A DNA stretch of 31,202 bases from the IMG/VR virus record IMGVR_UViG_3300028583_002208; one strand, given 5' to 3'. The DNA comes from a virus (Duplodnaviria; Heunggongvirae; Uroviricota; Caudoviricetes). The stretch's first letter is position 1. Every line of letters starts with the position of its first letter. The notes beneath the pieces were generated by a model that saw only the letters and a program-made list of their open reading frames with translations, made no database searches and was not told where the DNA came from. A program made the position numbers and the translations under genes. Of the stretch, positions 16,848 through 24,271 are shown piece after piece.

Positions 16848-17150
16848 ATGAAAACTTACACACAAAAGGATATTCAAGGGTCACTCAGCAACTCCTATGG
16901 AATTTGGGAAGGTGTTTACTTCAAAGATGGATTCCACTTAGGGTATGATGTAAGATACACTCCAAGTTTTCATGGTTTGGCTACACCTAAGAGAATATTT
17001 GTTGAACAAGTTTACACTGAAGAAGGAGGTCTTTTGCAAAGAGATTTCCCTTCTGAAGAATACAAAGAAATTTTTAGAAAATTTATCTATGGTCGTGAAG
17101 GTGATTGGACTTTTGATGAAAGTGTTTATGAAAAGGGGTATAATTTATGA
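16848..17150 (+). CDS. hypothetical protein (start moved from 16800)
   Basis: GAGGA SD before ATG 16848. Confidence 0.7.
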   Translation: MKTYTQKDIQGSLSNSYGIWEGVYFKDGFHLGYDVRYTPSFHGLATPKRIFVEQVYTEEGGLLQRDFPSEEYKEIFRKFIYGREGDWTFDESVYEKGYNL

Positions 17151-17575
17151 CAACAGGAACAGACCCGCATTCACTAGATAATATACTTGAAGGATGGGAA
17201 ACTTTTGAAGAAGATTACACCCTGCCACAAAATTCATTTCCAAAAATTAACGATACTTTTGCACGAAGTAGGGATTTATCAGAAGGTACTGTTACAGCAA
17301 TACAAACTATTATGGACAGGATTTATATTATCCACAAACGACCTCTGTACTATTTCCAAACGTACAAAGATGCTGTAGAATGCGTGGAATCATTGGAAAC
17401 AACACTACAATTGTTATGGGGATTTCCTTATGATAAGAAATATCAAACATATAAGTTTGGTTTCAAAGAATGTACTTGTCCAAAGGTTGATAACGCTGAA
17501 AAGGTAGGTACGGGCATTTTTGTTTATAGTGAAGGGTGTATTGTGCATAATTATTTATTCGAAGAAGGAGATTAA
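17147..17575 (+). CDS. hypothetical protein with CTCP..DN...C.VH motif (possible metal binding)
   Basis: LLWGFP...CTCPKVDN...CIVH. Confidence 0.75.
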   Translation: MTTGTDPHSLDNILEGWETFEEDYTLPQNSFPKINDTFARSRDLSEGTVTAIQTIMDRIYIIHKRPLYYFQTYKDAVECVESLETTLQLLWGFPYDKKYQTYKFGFKECTCPKVDNAEKVGTGIFVYSEGCIVHNYLFEEGD

Positions 17576-17579
17576 ATTT

Positions 17580-18056
17580 ATGAAAATAGTGAAAGGTAAT
17601 GCGGTAGATGCTTTATTAAATGGTGAAATTGACTACTTGGTACATGGTACGAATAGCCAAGGAAAATTTGCAAGTGGGATCGCTGGTGAAATCAGAAAAC
17701 GTATTCCAGAAGCTTACCAAGCATACATGAAACAATACCAACAATGGATTGACTTCGGTAAAAAGAACATCCCTCTTGGAGATTTATCCAATGGTGGGAA
17801 AGTTATCAACCTTTGTAGTCAAGAGTATTATGGTAGAAGTGGTAAACGTTATGCAAATTATGGTGCCATTGCAAGTGGGTTTTGTAACTTGTACACATAT
17901 TTACAGGACATTGACTCAAGGCATCCACGAGATTTAAAGATTGGTGTTCCTTGGATCGGAGCTGGCCTTGGCGGATGTGAACAAGAAATTATCAAAGAAT
18001 TGATTGAACATTGTTTAGATGGGTGTTATGATAGTGTGACAATTTACGAACTGTAG
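17580..18056 (+). CDS. macro domain (ADP-ribose / Appr-1''-p processing) protein
   Basis: MKIVKGNAV, LVHGTNSQGKFASGIA, VINL..Q, VPWIGAGLGG; AAGGAG SD before ATG 17580. Confidence 0.88.
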   Translation: MKIVKGNAVDALLNGEIDYLVHGTNSQGKFASGIAGEIRKRIPEAYQAYMKQYQQWIDFGKKNIPLGDLSNGGKVINLCSQEYYGRSGKRYANYGAIASGFCNLYTYLQDIDSRHPRDLKIGVPWIGAGLGGCEQEIIKELIEHCLDGCYDSVTIYEL

Positions 18057-18065
18057 GAGAATATT

Positions 18066-18752
18066 ATGGGTACAGATATACACGGTGGCTTTATTAAGAA
18101 AGGTGGTTTTGGTCCTAGAGGAGAAACGCTTCACAATGTAGCTATCGAAACTTCTTGGGGATTAGGCCGTAATTATACTTTATTTGCAATATTAGCTGAT
18201 GTAAGAAATGGTTATGGGTTTGCTGGTAGTTACCGACACGAACCTTTACAAGCTATTGCACCCGACAGAGGTATCCCTACTTGGTTGGAGGTAGATGAGG
18301 ACAATTACTGTGCAGAGTTAGTAAATAAGTGGTACGGCACAAAATATGCTGACCCCGAAGAACATTTCATGGGTACAGACTTAGGAGAGCATAGTTTTAC
18401 TTATATGACTCTTTCAGAGATAATTAATTGGGAAGGTTGGGATAGCTGCCTATCACAAGGGGGTGTTGTTAGTAAAGAACATTATGAAGAAACTATCACC
18501 AAGGGTAACACTCCTGAATGTTGGTGTGGCGATGTAATTGGAGCTGATGTGCATGTCGTAGATGAGAGTATTTACAAAACCATTACAGAATTATGTAACT
18601 ACGAAGGTAAGCAAATTACTCATATAAGTTGTCGTTGGAAGTCGGAAGACACTTTACGAGAAATGTATCAATGGTTTTTAGATGAAGTTGTACGTATAGG
18701 TGATAAATATGGCTATGATGAAGTGTATCTTGTTGTAGGTTTTGATTCGTGA
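18066..18752 (+). CDS. conserved hypothetical protein
   Basis: MGTDIH, RNYTLFAILADVRNG, HSFT, terminal VGFDS motifs. Confidence 0.8.
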   Translation: MGTDIHGGFIKKGGFGPRGETLHNVAIETSWGLGRNYTLFAILADVRNGYGFAGSYRHEPLQAIAPDRGIPTWLEVDEDNYCAELVNKWYGTKYADPEEHFMGTDLGEHSFTYMTLSEIINWEGWDSCLSQGGVVSKEHYEETITKGNTPECWCGDVIGADVHVVDESIYKTITELCNYEGKQITHISCRWKSEDTLREMYQWFLDEVVRIGDKYGYDEVYLVVGFDS

Positions 18753-18866
18753 AACAAATAATCATCGGAGGCACACTATTGAAGAAGTAGAACCTTTTGA
18801 GAAAACTGTCACCATGTACAGAAGTGTAAAATAACTTCCACCAAAGGATAACCCTAATCACAAAAC

Positions 18867-18910
18867 AACCCCTTCTGCGCCTTCACACAGCGTACAAGGG
18901 GTTTTCTTTT
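18867..18910 (+). terminator. intrinsic terminator
   Basis: AACCCCTT/AAGGGGTT stem plus inner stem and T tract; shares the 17-mer GGGGTTTTCTTTTGCCT (18898-18914) with 10399-10415. Confidence 0.75.
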
Positions 18911-19057
18911 GCCTAATGGGTAATCACCTTATGAAATGGAAACTCTTGCGAGAGGGGCTTATTGACAAAATAGCACCTTATTGACAAATAACATCCTGAG
19001 GCTAGTTTCATTTGTGGTGAAGCGGATTGAATTTTTGAAAAGGGTATGGGATTCATG

Positions 19058-19086
19058 TTGACAGGGCAGGATTTTATTGATAAAGT
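19058..19086 (+). promoter_or_regulatory. sigma70-like promoter
   Basis: TTGACA-17-TAAAGT with extended -10 TG. Confidence 0.65.
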
Positions 19087-19116
19087 TATGTTTTAATTTT
19101 ATAAGAGGTAAGAGTT

Positions 19117-19416
19117 TTGAAAGGTTATAAATTTAAGATAGGAGTTAAGCTGTTGAAATGGGGTTCACTTTTAGTGTTCAAAGATCAACAGTCTAAAGAT
19201 TTATTAAAAGATGTGGTAAATCGTAACACTTTGATAGGAAGTATTGTCGAAAGTGGTAATCACATTGCAGGAGATGTACAACCTTTATGTGAGTATGATA
19301 CACAGTCAATTGTTAATGTATTGAAACAAGAGTTACTTATTAAAAAGGATCTTGCATTTGTGGGTATGTCACCTACTGACAAGATGAGTTGTTATAAGGA
19401 AAAGTGGAAGTATTAA
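19117..19416 (+). CDS. hypothetical protein
   Basis: TTG start, AGAGGT SD, own promoter. Confidence 0.6.
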   Translation: MKGYKFKIGVKLLKWGSLLVFKDQQSKDLLKDVVNRNTLIGSIVESGNHIAGDVQPLCEYDTQSIVNVLKQELLIKKDLAFVGMSPTDKMSCYKEKWKY

Positions 19417-19434
19417 AAATAGAAAACAAGGATG

Positions 19435-19646
19435 TTTCATTTGCAAAATTTTGAAACTGGGCACTCGTTTGATGCGGGTAATTTTGAACTCGGCATTAAT
19501 TTTATTTAGGTCCGTTTACTACTTTTATCTAAGGTAAACCCGTTTAAAATCAATAGGTTAGAATCCGTCCACGTTTTTCATTTGCCCGAAACAGGTTAAA
19601 ATTTTTATAGGCGGATATTTTCATCTGCCAAAAACTGAACCCGTTT
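19435..19646. repeat. cluster of short direct repeats in non-coding DNA
   Basis: TTTCATYTG at 19435, 19576, 19619 (also 19006); AATTTTGAA(A)CT at 19447 and 19480; AACCCGTTT at 19537 and 19638. Confidence 0.55.
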
Positions 19647-19809
19647 TGCAATGATATACTATATCAAAATATATGAGATATTATATCATCACATTTTAAA
19701 TTTCACGCAGCCTCGGTGTTTTATTCTTCACCGTTCCCGCTTTCGCTAAAGTTCGTATGCTTGTTTCTATATATTCCATTATACGCATATAATAATAGAT
19801 TACAATACC

Positions 19810-19917
19810 TTTTTAAAAATAAATTAAATTAATTTTATTGTGGATAACTTTTTAACTGTGGATAACTAAATAAGCTTGTGGGTAACTCTTCTAAACGCTA
19901 CCCTGCAGCGTGTATAA
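19810..19917. promoter_or_regulatory. DnaA-box cluster next to a 30-bp pure A/T tract
   Basis: TGTGGATAA at 19839-19847 and 19857-19865 (perfect); TGTGGGTAA 19877-19885 and CGTGTATAA 19909-19917 (one mismatch); A/T-only 19810-19839. Confidence 0.75.
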
Positions 19918-19984
19918 CACCGTATAAGCAGATCTAAACTTAACTATATAAAACTACCTTTATTAAAATAGCCTCTTAAAATCG

Positions 19985-20097
19985 CATACAGGCGCTCGCA
20001 GGAATGACAGGATCGGGTCCGTCCCGCAATAGCTTTGATCTTTAGCTCTTCGAGCCTATCGCGTCACCACCTTGCCGCCTGTTAACCTGTTATCTGC
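19985..20097 (-). ncRNA. candidate structured non-coding RNA
   Basis: GC-rich island without an ORF, just downstream of a strong minus-strand promoter; nested stems whose mismatches read as G-U only on the minus strand. Confidence 0.45.
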
Positions 20098-20102
20098 TAA
20101 TA

Positions 20103-20131
20103 ATTATAAGCCCTTACAAATAATATTGCAA
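20103..20131 (-). promoter_or_regulatory. sigma70 promoter, leftward, inside a hairpin
   Basis: TTGCAA-17-TATAAT on minus strand; IR 20108-20119/20126-20137. Confidence 0.7.
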
Positions 20132-20149
20132 GGGCTTTTTATAAATAAT

Positions 20150-20281
20150 TTATAAAGTTTCTAAAAATATCCTTTTTGCTCTGTCCATACCTTCTTCGAT
20201 AATAGCGCAGAACATCCCGTAATTATATACAGTGACAGATCCGTCTTTGTTTTGTTTAAACTTATAGTTACATGTATTCAT
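20150..20281 (-). CDS. 43-aa hypothetical protein (not in ORF track)
   Basis: MNTCNYKFKQNKDGSVTVYNYGMFCAIIEEGMDRAKRIFLETL*; AAAAGG SD; own promoter. Confidence 0.65.
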   Translation of the reverse strand: MNTCNYKFKQNKDGSVTVYNYGMFCAIIEEGMDRAKRIFLETL

Positions 20282-20326
20282 AATATACGCCTTTTAAATA
20301 ATATTAATCTTTGTTTGTGTGCCGCC

Positions 20327-20356
20327 ATTATATAAGCAAAGTTTTTACCCTGTCAA
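20327..20356 (-). promoter_or_regulatory. sigma70 promoter, leftward
   Basis: TTGACA-18-TATAAT on minus strand. Confidence 0.65.
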
Positions 20357-20413
20357 CAAAGATCACTAATTATTTGCAAAATAAATTAATTTAATAAATA
20401 TAGCTTTTATTTG

Positions 20414-20442
20414 TTGACAGGTGATCCGTTATTTGTAATACT
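20414..20442 (+). promoter_or_regulatory. sigma70 promoter with GATC in the spacer
   Basis: TTGACA-17-AATACT with extended -10 TG. Confidence 0.65.
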
Positions 20443-20484
20443 GGCATTGTTCCAACGGGGAACGGCTTATATTAAAGGCTTATT

Positions 20485-20646
20485 ATGAATATCTATCAAG
20501 AAAATGGATACACTGATCGCAAAGATTATCTAAATTGTTTAGCTGAAGACCTAGGCGTAGACCTTGAAACAGTACTTTTAACTGCTGAATTGCTCGGTTC
20601 AAGTGAAGACTTTGACGGCCTGATCAGTATGTTAGAAGATATCTAA
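20485..20646 (+). CDS. 53-aa highly acidic early protein (not in ORF track)
   Basis: MNIYQENGYTDRKDYLNCLAEDLGVDLETVLLTAELLGSSEDFDGLISMLEDI*; AAAGG SD; the YQENGY...EDFDGL pattern looks to me like a widespread small phage protein family. Confidence 0.85.
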   Translation: MNIYQENGYTDRKDYLNCLAEDLGVDLETVLLTAELLGSSEDFDGLISMLEDI

Positions 20647-20664
20647 AAATACTTTAAAAAGTGG

Positions 20665-20694
20665 TTGACAGGTTAAAAGGTCAACCGCTACAAT
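20665..20694 (+). promoter_or_regulatory. sigma70 promoter (twin of 22851)
   Basis: TTGACA-18-TACAAT. Confidence 0.75.
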
Positions 20695-20740
20695 ACAAAC
20701 AAGTTAAACAAACATAAACAACTTTAAAAGGTGGTATATC

Positions 20741-21517
20741 ATGAACAATTTTGATCAATCTTCAAGCGGTGTTAATTTAGAATTAAATATTAGTTTTGAT
20801 GCGGATCGCGCTCGTAGGGAATTTGAGGAAAATTTTTATATATTACAGTATAGCGACTATAGACAAACCAGTGTGCTAGTTTTTAACCAATTTGGCAATT
20901 TTGATGTAATAGATTTTACCTTAACAGATCTTAGTAATTATCACATAGAAGAGTTAACAGCAAAGCAAATCTTTAAGGCTTTTTATAATTACCAATACCC
21001 AACTGATATAGATCATGATCTTAAATGTTCAGATTTTGCCAGCATTAAAGATCTGTTACAAAATTTACAAATTGAAAATTTAAACACACTTGATCAAAGT
21101 GAAATATTAGAAGCAATCGAGACAGATCTTTATTGTGATAGCAGTTTTCAAGAATTTTTAAAAGATACCTTTACATGTAATTATTTGACTATAGATAGTC
21201 GCGGATATTCTCAAGGGGATTACTCACAGATCATCATACCTGCTCAAGTCTTAAAGAGTTACAAGGATCAAACACCGGAACAAATAGAGAATAATTTGCA
21301 GAGTGTTATTGATCATTTGCTATGGGATCAGCCTTTATCCGCTAGGTTGACAATTGATGACGAAGAATTTTATATTGACGAACATTTAAAAAATGAGTAT
21401 GAATATGATCAAGATGAGATCAAACAGATACTAACCGATCACTTAGAGCATGAACAAAAAGATTATATACTTGGCTGGGTAAACGATAACTTACCAACCG
21501 ATCCAGCTTACTATTAA
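20741..21517 (+). CDS. acidic early protein (258 aa) with RGYSQGD motif
   Basis: Long ORF with SD; about 20% D+E and about 6% K+R by hand count. Confidence 0.85.
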   Translation: MNNFDQSSSGVNLELNISFDADRARREFEENFYILQYSDYRQTSVLVFNQFGNFDVIDFTLTDLSNYHIEELTAKQIFKAFYNYQYPTDIDHDLKCSDFASIKDLLQNLQIENLNTLDQSEILEAIETDLYCDSSFQEFLKDTFTCNYLTIDSRGYSQGDYSQIIIPAQVLKSYKDQTPEQIENNLQSVIDHLLWDQPLSARLTIDDEEFYIDEHLKNEYEYDQDEIKQILTDHLEHEQKDYILGWVNDNLPTDPAYY

Positions 21518-21543
21518 TTTTAACATTTAAAAGGTTTTAATCT

Positions 21544-21717
21544 ATGTTTTACTTAATAATATTACATACTGAATATTACGGTGAAGAGTTGCAGGAATTT
21601 ACCACGCAAAGAGAACGACAACAAGTTATAGAAGGGTATAAACATATGTTTTTTAACAATGGCTTAGAAGATGCAAAATATATAACTTTTGAGGGTGATA
21701 TATATAATTATAAATAG
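21544..21717 (+). CDS. 57-aa hypothetical protein (not in ORF track)
   Basis: MFYLIILHTEYYGEELQEF...IYNYK*; AAAAGG SD. Confidence 0.7.
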   Translation: MFYLIILHTEYYGEELQEFTTQRERQQVIEGYKHMFFNNGLEDAKYITFEGDIYNYK

Positions 21718-21743
21718 CTCACTGTAAAGATAAACGTTAATCT

Positions 21744-21765
21744 AGCCGCTTAATTGCGGCTTTTT
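21744..21765 (+). terminator. intrinsic terminator
   Basis: AGCCGC-TTAATT-GCGGCT followed by TTTT. Confidence 0.75.
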
Positions 21766-21814
21766 CACGCTTGATAACACTTTTCTGCACGTAAAGATAA
21801 TTTTATAAAATGGC

Positions 21815-21842
21815 TTGCATTGATCTGTTAATAGTGTATATT
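21815..21842 (+). promoter_or_regulatory. sigma70 promoter with GATC in the spacer
   Basis: TTGCAT-16-TATATT. Confidence 0.55.
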
Positions 21843-21878
21843 TAAACTCAATGAAACCAGCAAACGAGGCTTTATATT

Positions 21879-22067
21879 ATGATTAAAATTAATCCAACTA
21901 ACAAAGAGTTGAACCAGCTAATTGAGGATCATGATCTACAGTTGATCATCAATAACACGCCTTCAAGTAATGAATTTTTTAAAAATGGCAATAAACTTTT
22001 ACAGGTTATTTTTGCGCCATGTGGTAGTTATAGGAAAGTTTTTATAAATTTTGAAATAGACCATTGA
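21879..22067 (+). CDS. hypothetical early protein
   Basis: GAGG SD; own promoter. Confidence 0.7.
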   Translation: MIKINPTNKELNQLIEDHDLQLIINNTPSSNEFFKNGNKLLQVIFAPCGSYRKVFINFEIDH

Positions 22068-22091
22068 CAGCGGATCAAATATCCTTATAAT
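22064..22091 (+). promoter_or_regulatory. sigma70 promoter with GATC in the spacer
   Basis: TTGACA-16-TATAAT. Confidence 0.75.
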
Positions 22092-22166
22092 GTGTACGTA
22101 TTGAAACAATGAACAATTAACACAAGGTAGTTAAACGCTACCTCTAATTAACAAAGGTATACAATT

Positions 22167-22544
22167 ATGTACTCACAATTAAAAGTTAAACTTGAAAAAT
22201 CATTAGGCTATAATCATTTTACATTAGATGATGGTGATCAGAGTTTTGTAACTGTACCCACTAATCATTTATATTTAGTAGATGACTTTTACAGCGTTAA
22301 CGTTGGTCATGTGGTTTATTCTAACGTATCAGAGTATGATCAAGTGCTAGTTAACATTAAAACCATCACAGACCACTGCAAGGCCGCACAAGATGAATTA
22401 AGCGACTATATACAAGTAGTTTATTTACAAGGTACTGATCACCCTTGGCGCGTTGTTTTTGGGGGGTTTGATAATGATTTACAAGACTTTGATTTTGAAG
22501 AATTGGATCAACTTTTAGATAAATTAAAAACTTTTGAATTTTAG
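22167..22544 (+). CDS. acidic hypothetical early protein
   Basis: AAAGGT SD. Confidence 0.8.
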   Translation: MYSQLKVKLEKSLGYNHFTLDDGDQSFVTVPTNHLYLVDDFYSVNVGHVVYSNVSEYDQVLVNIKTITDHCKAAQDELSDYIQVVYLQGTDHPWRVVFGGFDNDLQDFDFEELDQLLDKLKTFEF

Positions 22545-22555
22545 TAAATAAAAGC

Positions 22556-22584
22556 TTGCAATCAATAATCAATTGAATTAATAT
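22556..22584 (+). promoter_or_regulatory. sigma70 promoter
   Basis: TTGCAA-17-TAATAT. Confidence 0.7.
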
Positions 22585-22650
22585 TATTACATCGTTTACG
22601 ATGCTATTGGCTGGCAACGGGTTAGCCACTTTTAAAAATAAGGTTTTATT

Positions 22651-22836
22651 ATGGATTACTTCAAAGCTTTTAAACATTCTGCAAGTTGTAAATACATTTA
22701 CGATTGTTACCGTATACAAGCTAATAACAAGGATCACGCTATAGAGTTGATCAAGGCTAAAACAGGTGTTATTTGCGACTATGCAATGAAAAATGTTGGT
22801 AATTGGGATCACCCTCAAATCATAGACTTGGATTAA
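22651..22836 (+). CDS. hypothetical early protein
   Basis: TAAGGT SD; own promoter. Confidence 0.75.
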   Translation: MDYFKAFKHSASCKYIYDCYRIQANNKDHAIELIKAKTGVICDYAMKNVGNWDHPQIIDLD

Positions 22837-22850
22837 ACATTAAAAAGCGG

Positions 22851-22879
22851 TTGACACCACCAACGCCAACCGCTACAAT
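22851..22879 (+). promoter_or_regulatory. sigma70 promoter (twin of 20665)
   Basis: TTGACA-17-TACAAT. Confidence 0.8.
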
Positions 22880-22921
22880 CAGCACTCAATTAAACAATTA
22901 CATTATTAAAAAGGTTTTACC

Positions 22922-23296
22922 ATGAAATTAACAGATTTTGATCAATCAATTACACTAGCACAAAATAAGATATCTACCCTTAGCGCCGCCCGTTATGGTA
23001 AAGTATGGAAATTTTACTGTAAACATGTAACAGATGATCAAGGCTACGAATACGGTTTACCTTACAAAAGTAAACAAGCGATTTTAAATGATACTTATGA
23101 TTATGCTTTAAAACAAAGCGGTTTTAACTTTAAAGAATCGGATCTTTTACCTGTAGTGCCAAAACTTACAACGTTAACATTAACACAGGATCAAAAGGTA
23201 GCTATTAACACCGCGATTAGTTTAATCGGAAATAGTGAATCAGATCACGCTGAACAGTGTTACATGTATTTAAAGCAAATCGTAAAAAACTTTTAA
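22922..23296 (+). CDS. hypothetical early protein
   Basis: AAAGGT SD. Confidence 0.8.
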   Translation: MKLTDFDQSITLAQNKISTLSAARYGKVWKFYCKHVTDDQGYEYGLPYKSKQAILNDTYDYALKQSGFNFKESDLLPVVPKLTTLTLTQDQKVAINTAISLIGNSESDHAEQCYMYLKQIVKNF

Positions 23297-23302
23297 AACC
23301 GC

Positions 23303-23331
23303 TTGCACAATTAAACATTATCATTTAATAT
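23303..23331 (+). promoter_or_regulatory. sigma70 promoter
   Basis: TTGCAC-17-TAATAT. Confidence 0.7.
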
Positions 23332-23380
23332 TAAATTCATGGTTAGCAACGGGCTAGCCACTTAAACAAAGGCATACATT

Positions 23381-23587
23381 ATGAAAACTTTCACATTCCA
23401 AACACGTACAGCTTTACGCAACTTTATTAAATCAGTTAAAGCAGACAACCTTGTTAAAATCGAATCTAACGAGCGCAGTAAGGCCACAGGCGAAAAATGG
23501 GCCGCCACTATGCCAAGTGTTAAGCCAATTAATAAAAAGCGCTTTGAGGTTGTGAATGGGGCTGCAGTTGCTGCAAAATTAGTTTAA
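23381..23587 (+). CDS. basic hypothetical early protein
   Basis: AAAGGC SD. Confidence 0.75.
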   Translation: MKTFTFQTRTALRNFIKSVKADNLVKIESNERSKATGEKWAATMPSVKPINKKRFEVVNGAAVAAKLV

Positions 23588-23607
23588 CTTTTAAAAAGGA
23601 ATATAAC

Positions 23608-23814
23608 ATGCAATTTTTAAACTTTTTCGGTGAGAATGTTCAAGGTGTTGCGTTCAACTTTGATTATAAAGATTATAATATAAGTGTTAGCGGTTGCACA
23701 CCAACGGGTAATTTAGAAATTATGGTGTTTAATGATACTGAGAATATGCAAAAACGTTTTAACAGTGTTGAGTCTGCTATTATTGGTATTGATAAGATGA
23801 TTTTAAATAAATAG
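23608..23814 (+). CDS. hypothetical early protein
   Basis: AAAGGA SD. Confidence 0.75.
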   Translation: MQFLNFFGENVQGVAFNFDYKDYNISVSGCTPTGNLEIMVFNDTENMQKRFNSVESAIIGIDKMILNK

Positions 23815-23846
23815 TAGCATTTTATAAAAATAAAATGTTTTAGTTG

Positions 23847-23874
23847 TTGCGTTCTGTATTATCTTGTGTAAAAT
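23847..23874 (+). promoter_or_regulatory. sigma70 promoter within an inverted repeat
   Basis: TTGCGT-16-TAAAAT; GCGTTCT (23849) / AGAACGC (23875). Confidence 0.6.
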
Positions 23875-23940
23875 AGAACGCATCTGAACAAGAACATTTT
23901 AATACTGAAAATTTACATTAAACAAGGGTAGGATTTAAAA

Positions 23941-24171
23941 ATGGCTACACGTTACACTAAAAATTCATTAATTGCAGATTTAGAAGGTTTAAACAAAGAT
24001 CTTGTTAACAAAGGCTTATCTGAATATAAATTCAAGTACCAAGGGCGCAATGGTTATCATGCTGTAGATTTATACAAGAACGATAAATGTCTACGTTGTG
24101 TTGATTGTGCCGAACCACCAAAGGATCTTTATTTAGTGGCGTTGGAACAATTTGAAAATTTAACAAATTAA
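23941..24171 (+). CDS. hypothetical early protein
   Basis: SD present; own promoter. Confidence 0.75.
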   Translation: MATRYTKNSLIADLEGLNKDLVNKGLSEYKFKYQGRNGYHAVDLYKNDKCLRCVDCAEPPKDLYLVALEQFENLTN

Positions 24172-24184
24172 TTAAAACTTTTTG

Positions 24185-24213
24185 TTGACAACAGACAACA
24201 CTTAACCTAGAAT
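24185..24213 (+). promoter_or_regulatory. sigma70 promoter
   Basis: TTGACA-17-TAGAAT. Confidence 0.75.
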
Positions 24214-24271
24214 TACATTACTGAAACAAAACGCCACTATCGGCAAATTACATTTTAAAAGTGAGAATATT

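Noticed and set aside
11667-18861. Track ORFs 11667-11999(-), 16442-16627(-), 16635-16877(-), 16972-17181(+), 17187-17378(+), 17749-17937(+), 18616-18861(-)
   Set aside because: Shadow frames over better-supported plus-strand genes.
18957-18995. Tandem CTTATTGACAAA repeat resembling double -35 boxes
   Set aside because: No properly spaced -10 box found; only two short copies.
19694-19786. 30-aa minus-strand ORF MRIMEYIETS...
   Set aside because: No SD at a usable distance; too short to support.
19988-20015. CAGG/CAGGA motifs suggesting a CsrB-like sRNA on the plus strand
   Set aside because: Only two CAGGA copies, not in hairpin loops; promoter and G-U pattern favour the minus strand.
19985-20097. 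tRNA or known ribozyme
   Set aside because: No TTCGA T-loop, cloverleaf or CUGANGA/GAAA hammerhead core; no tRNA gene was seen anywhere in the window.
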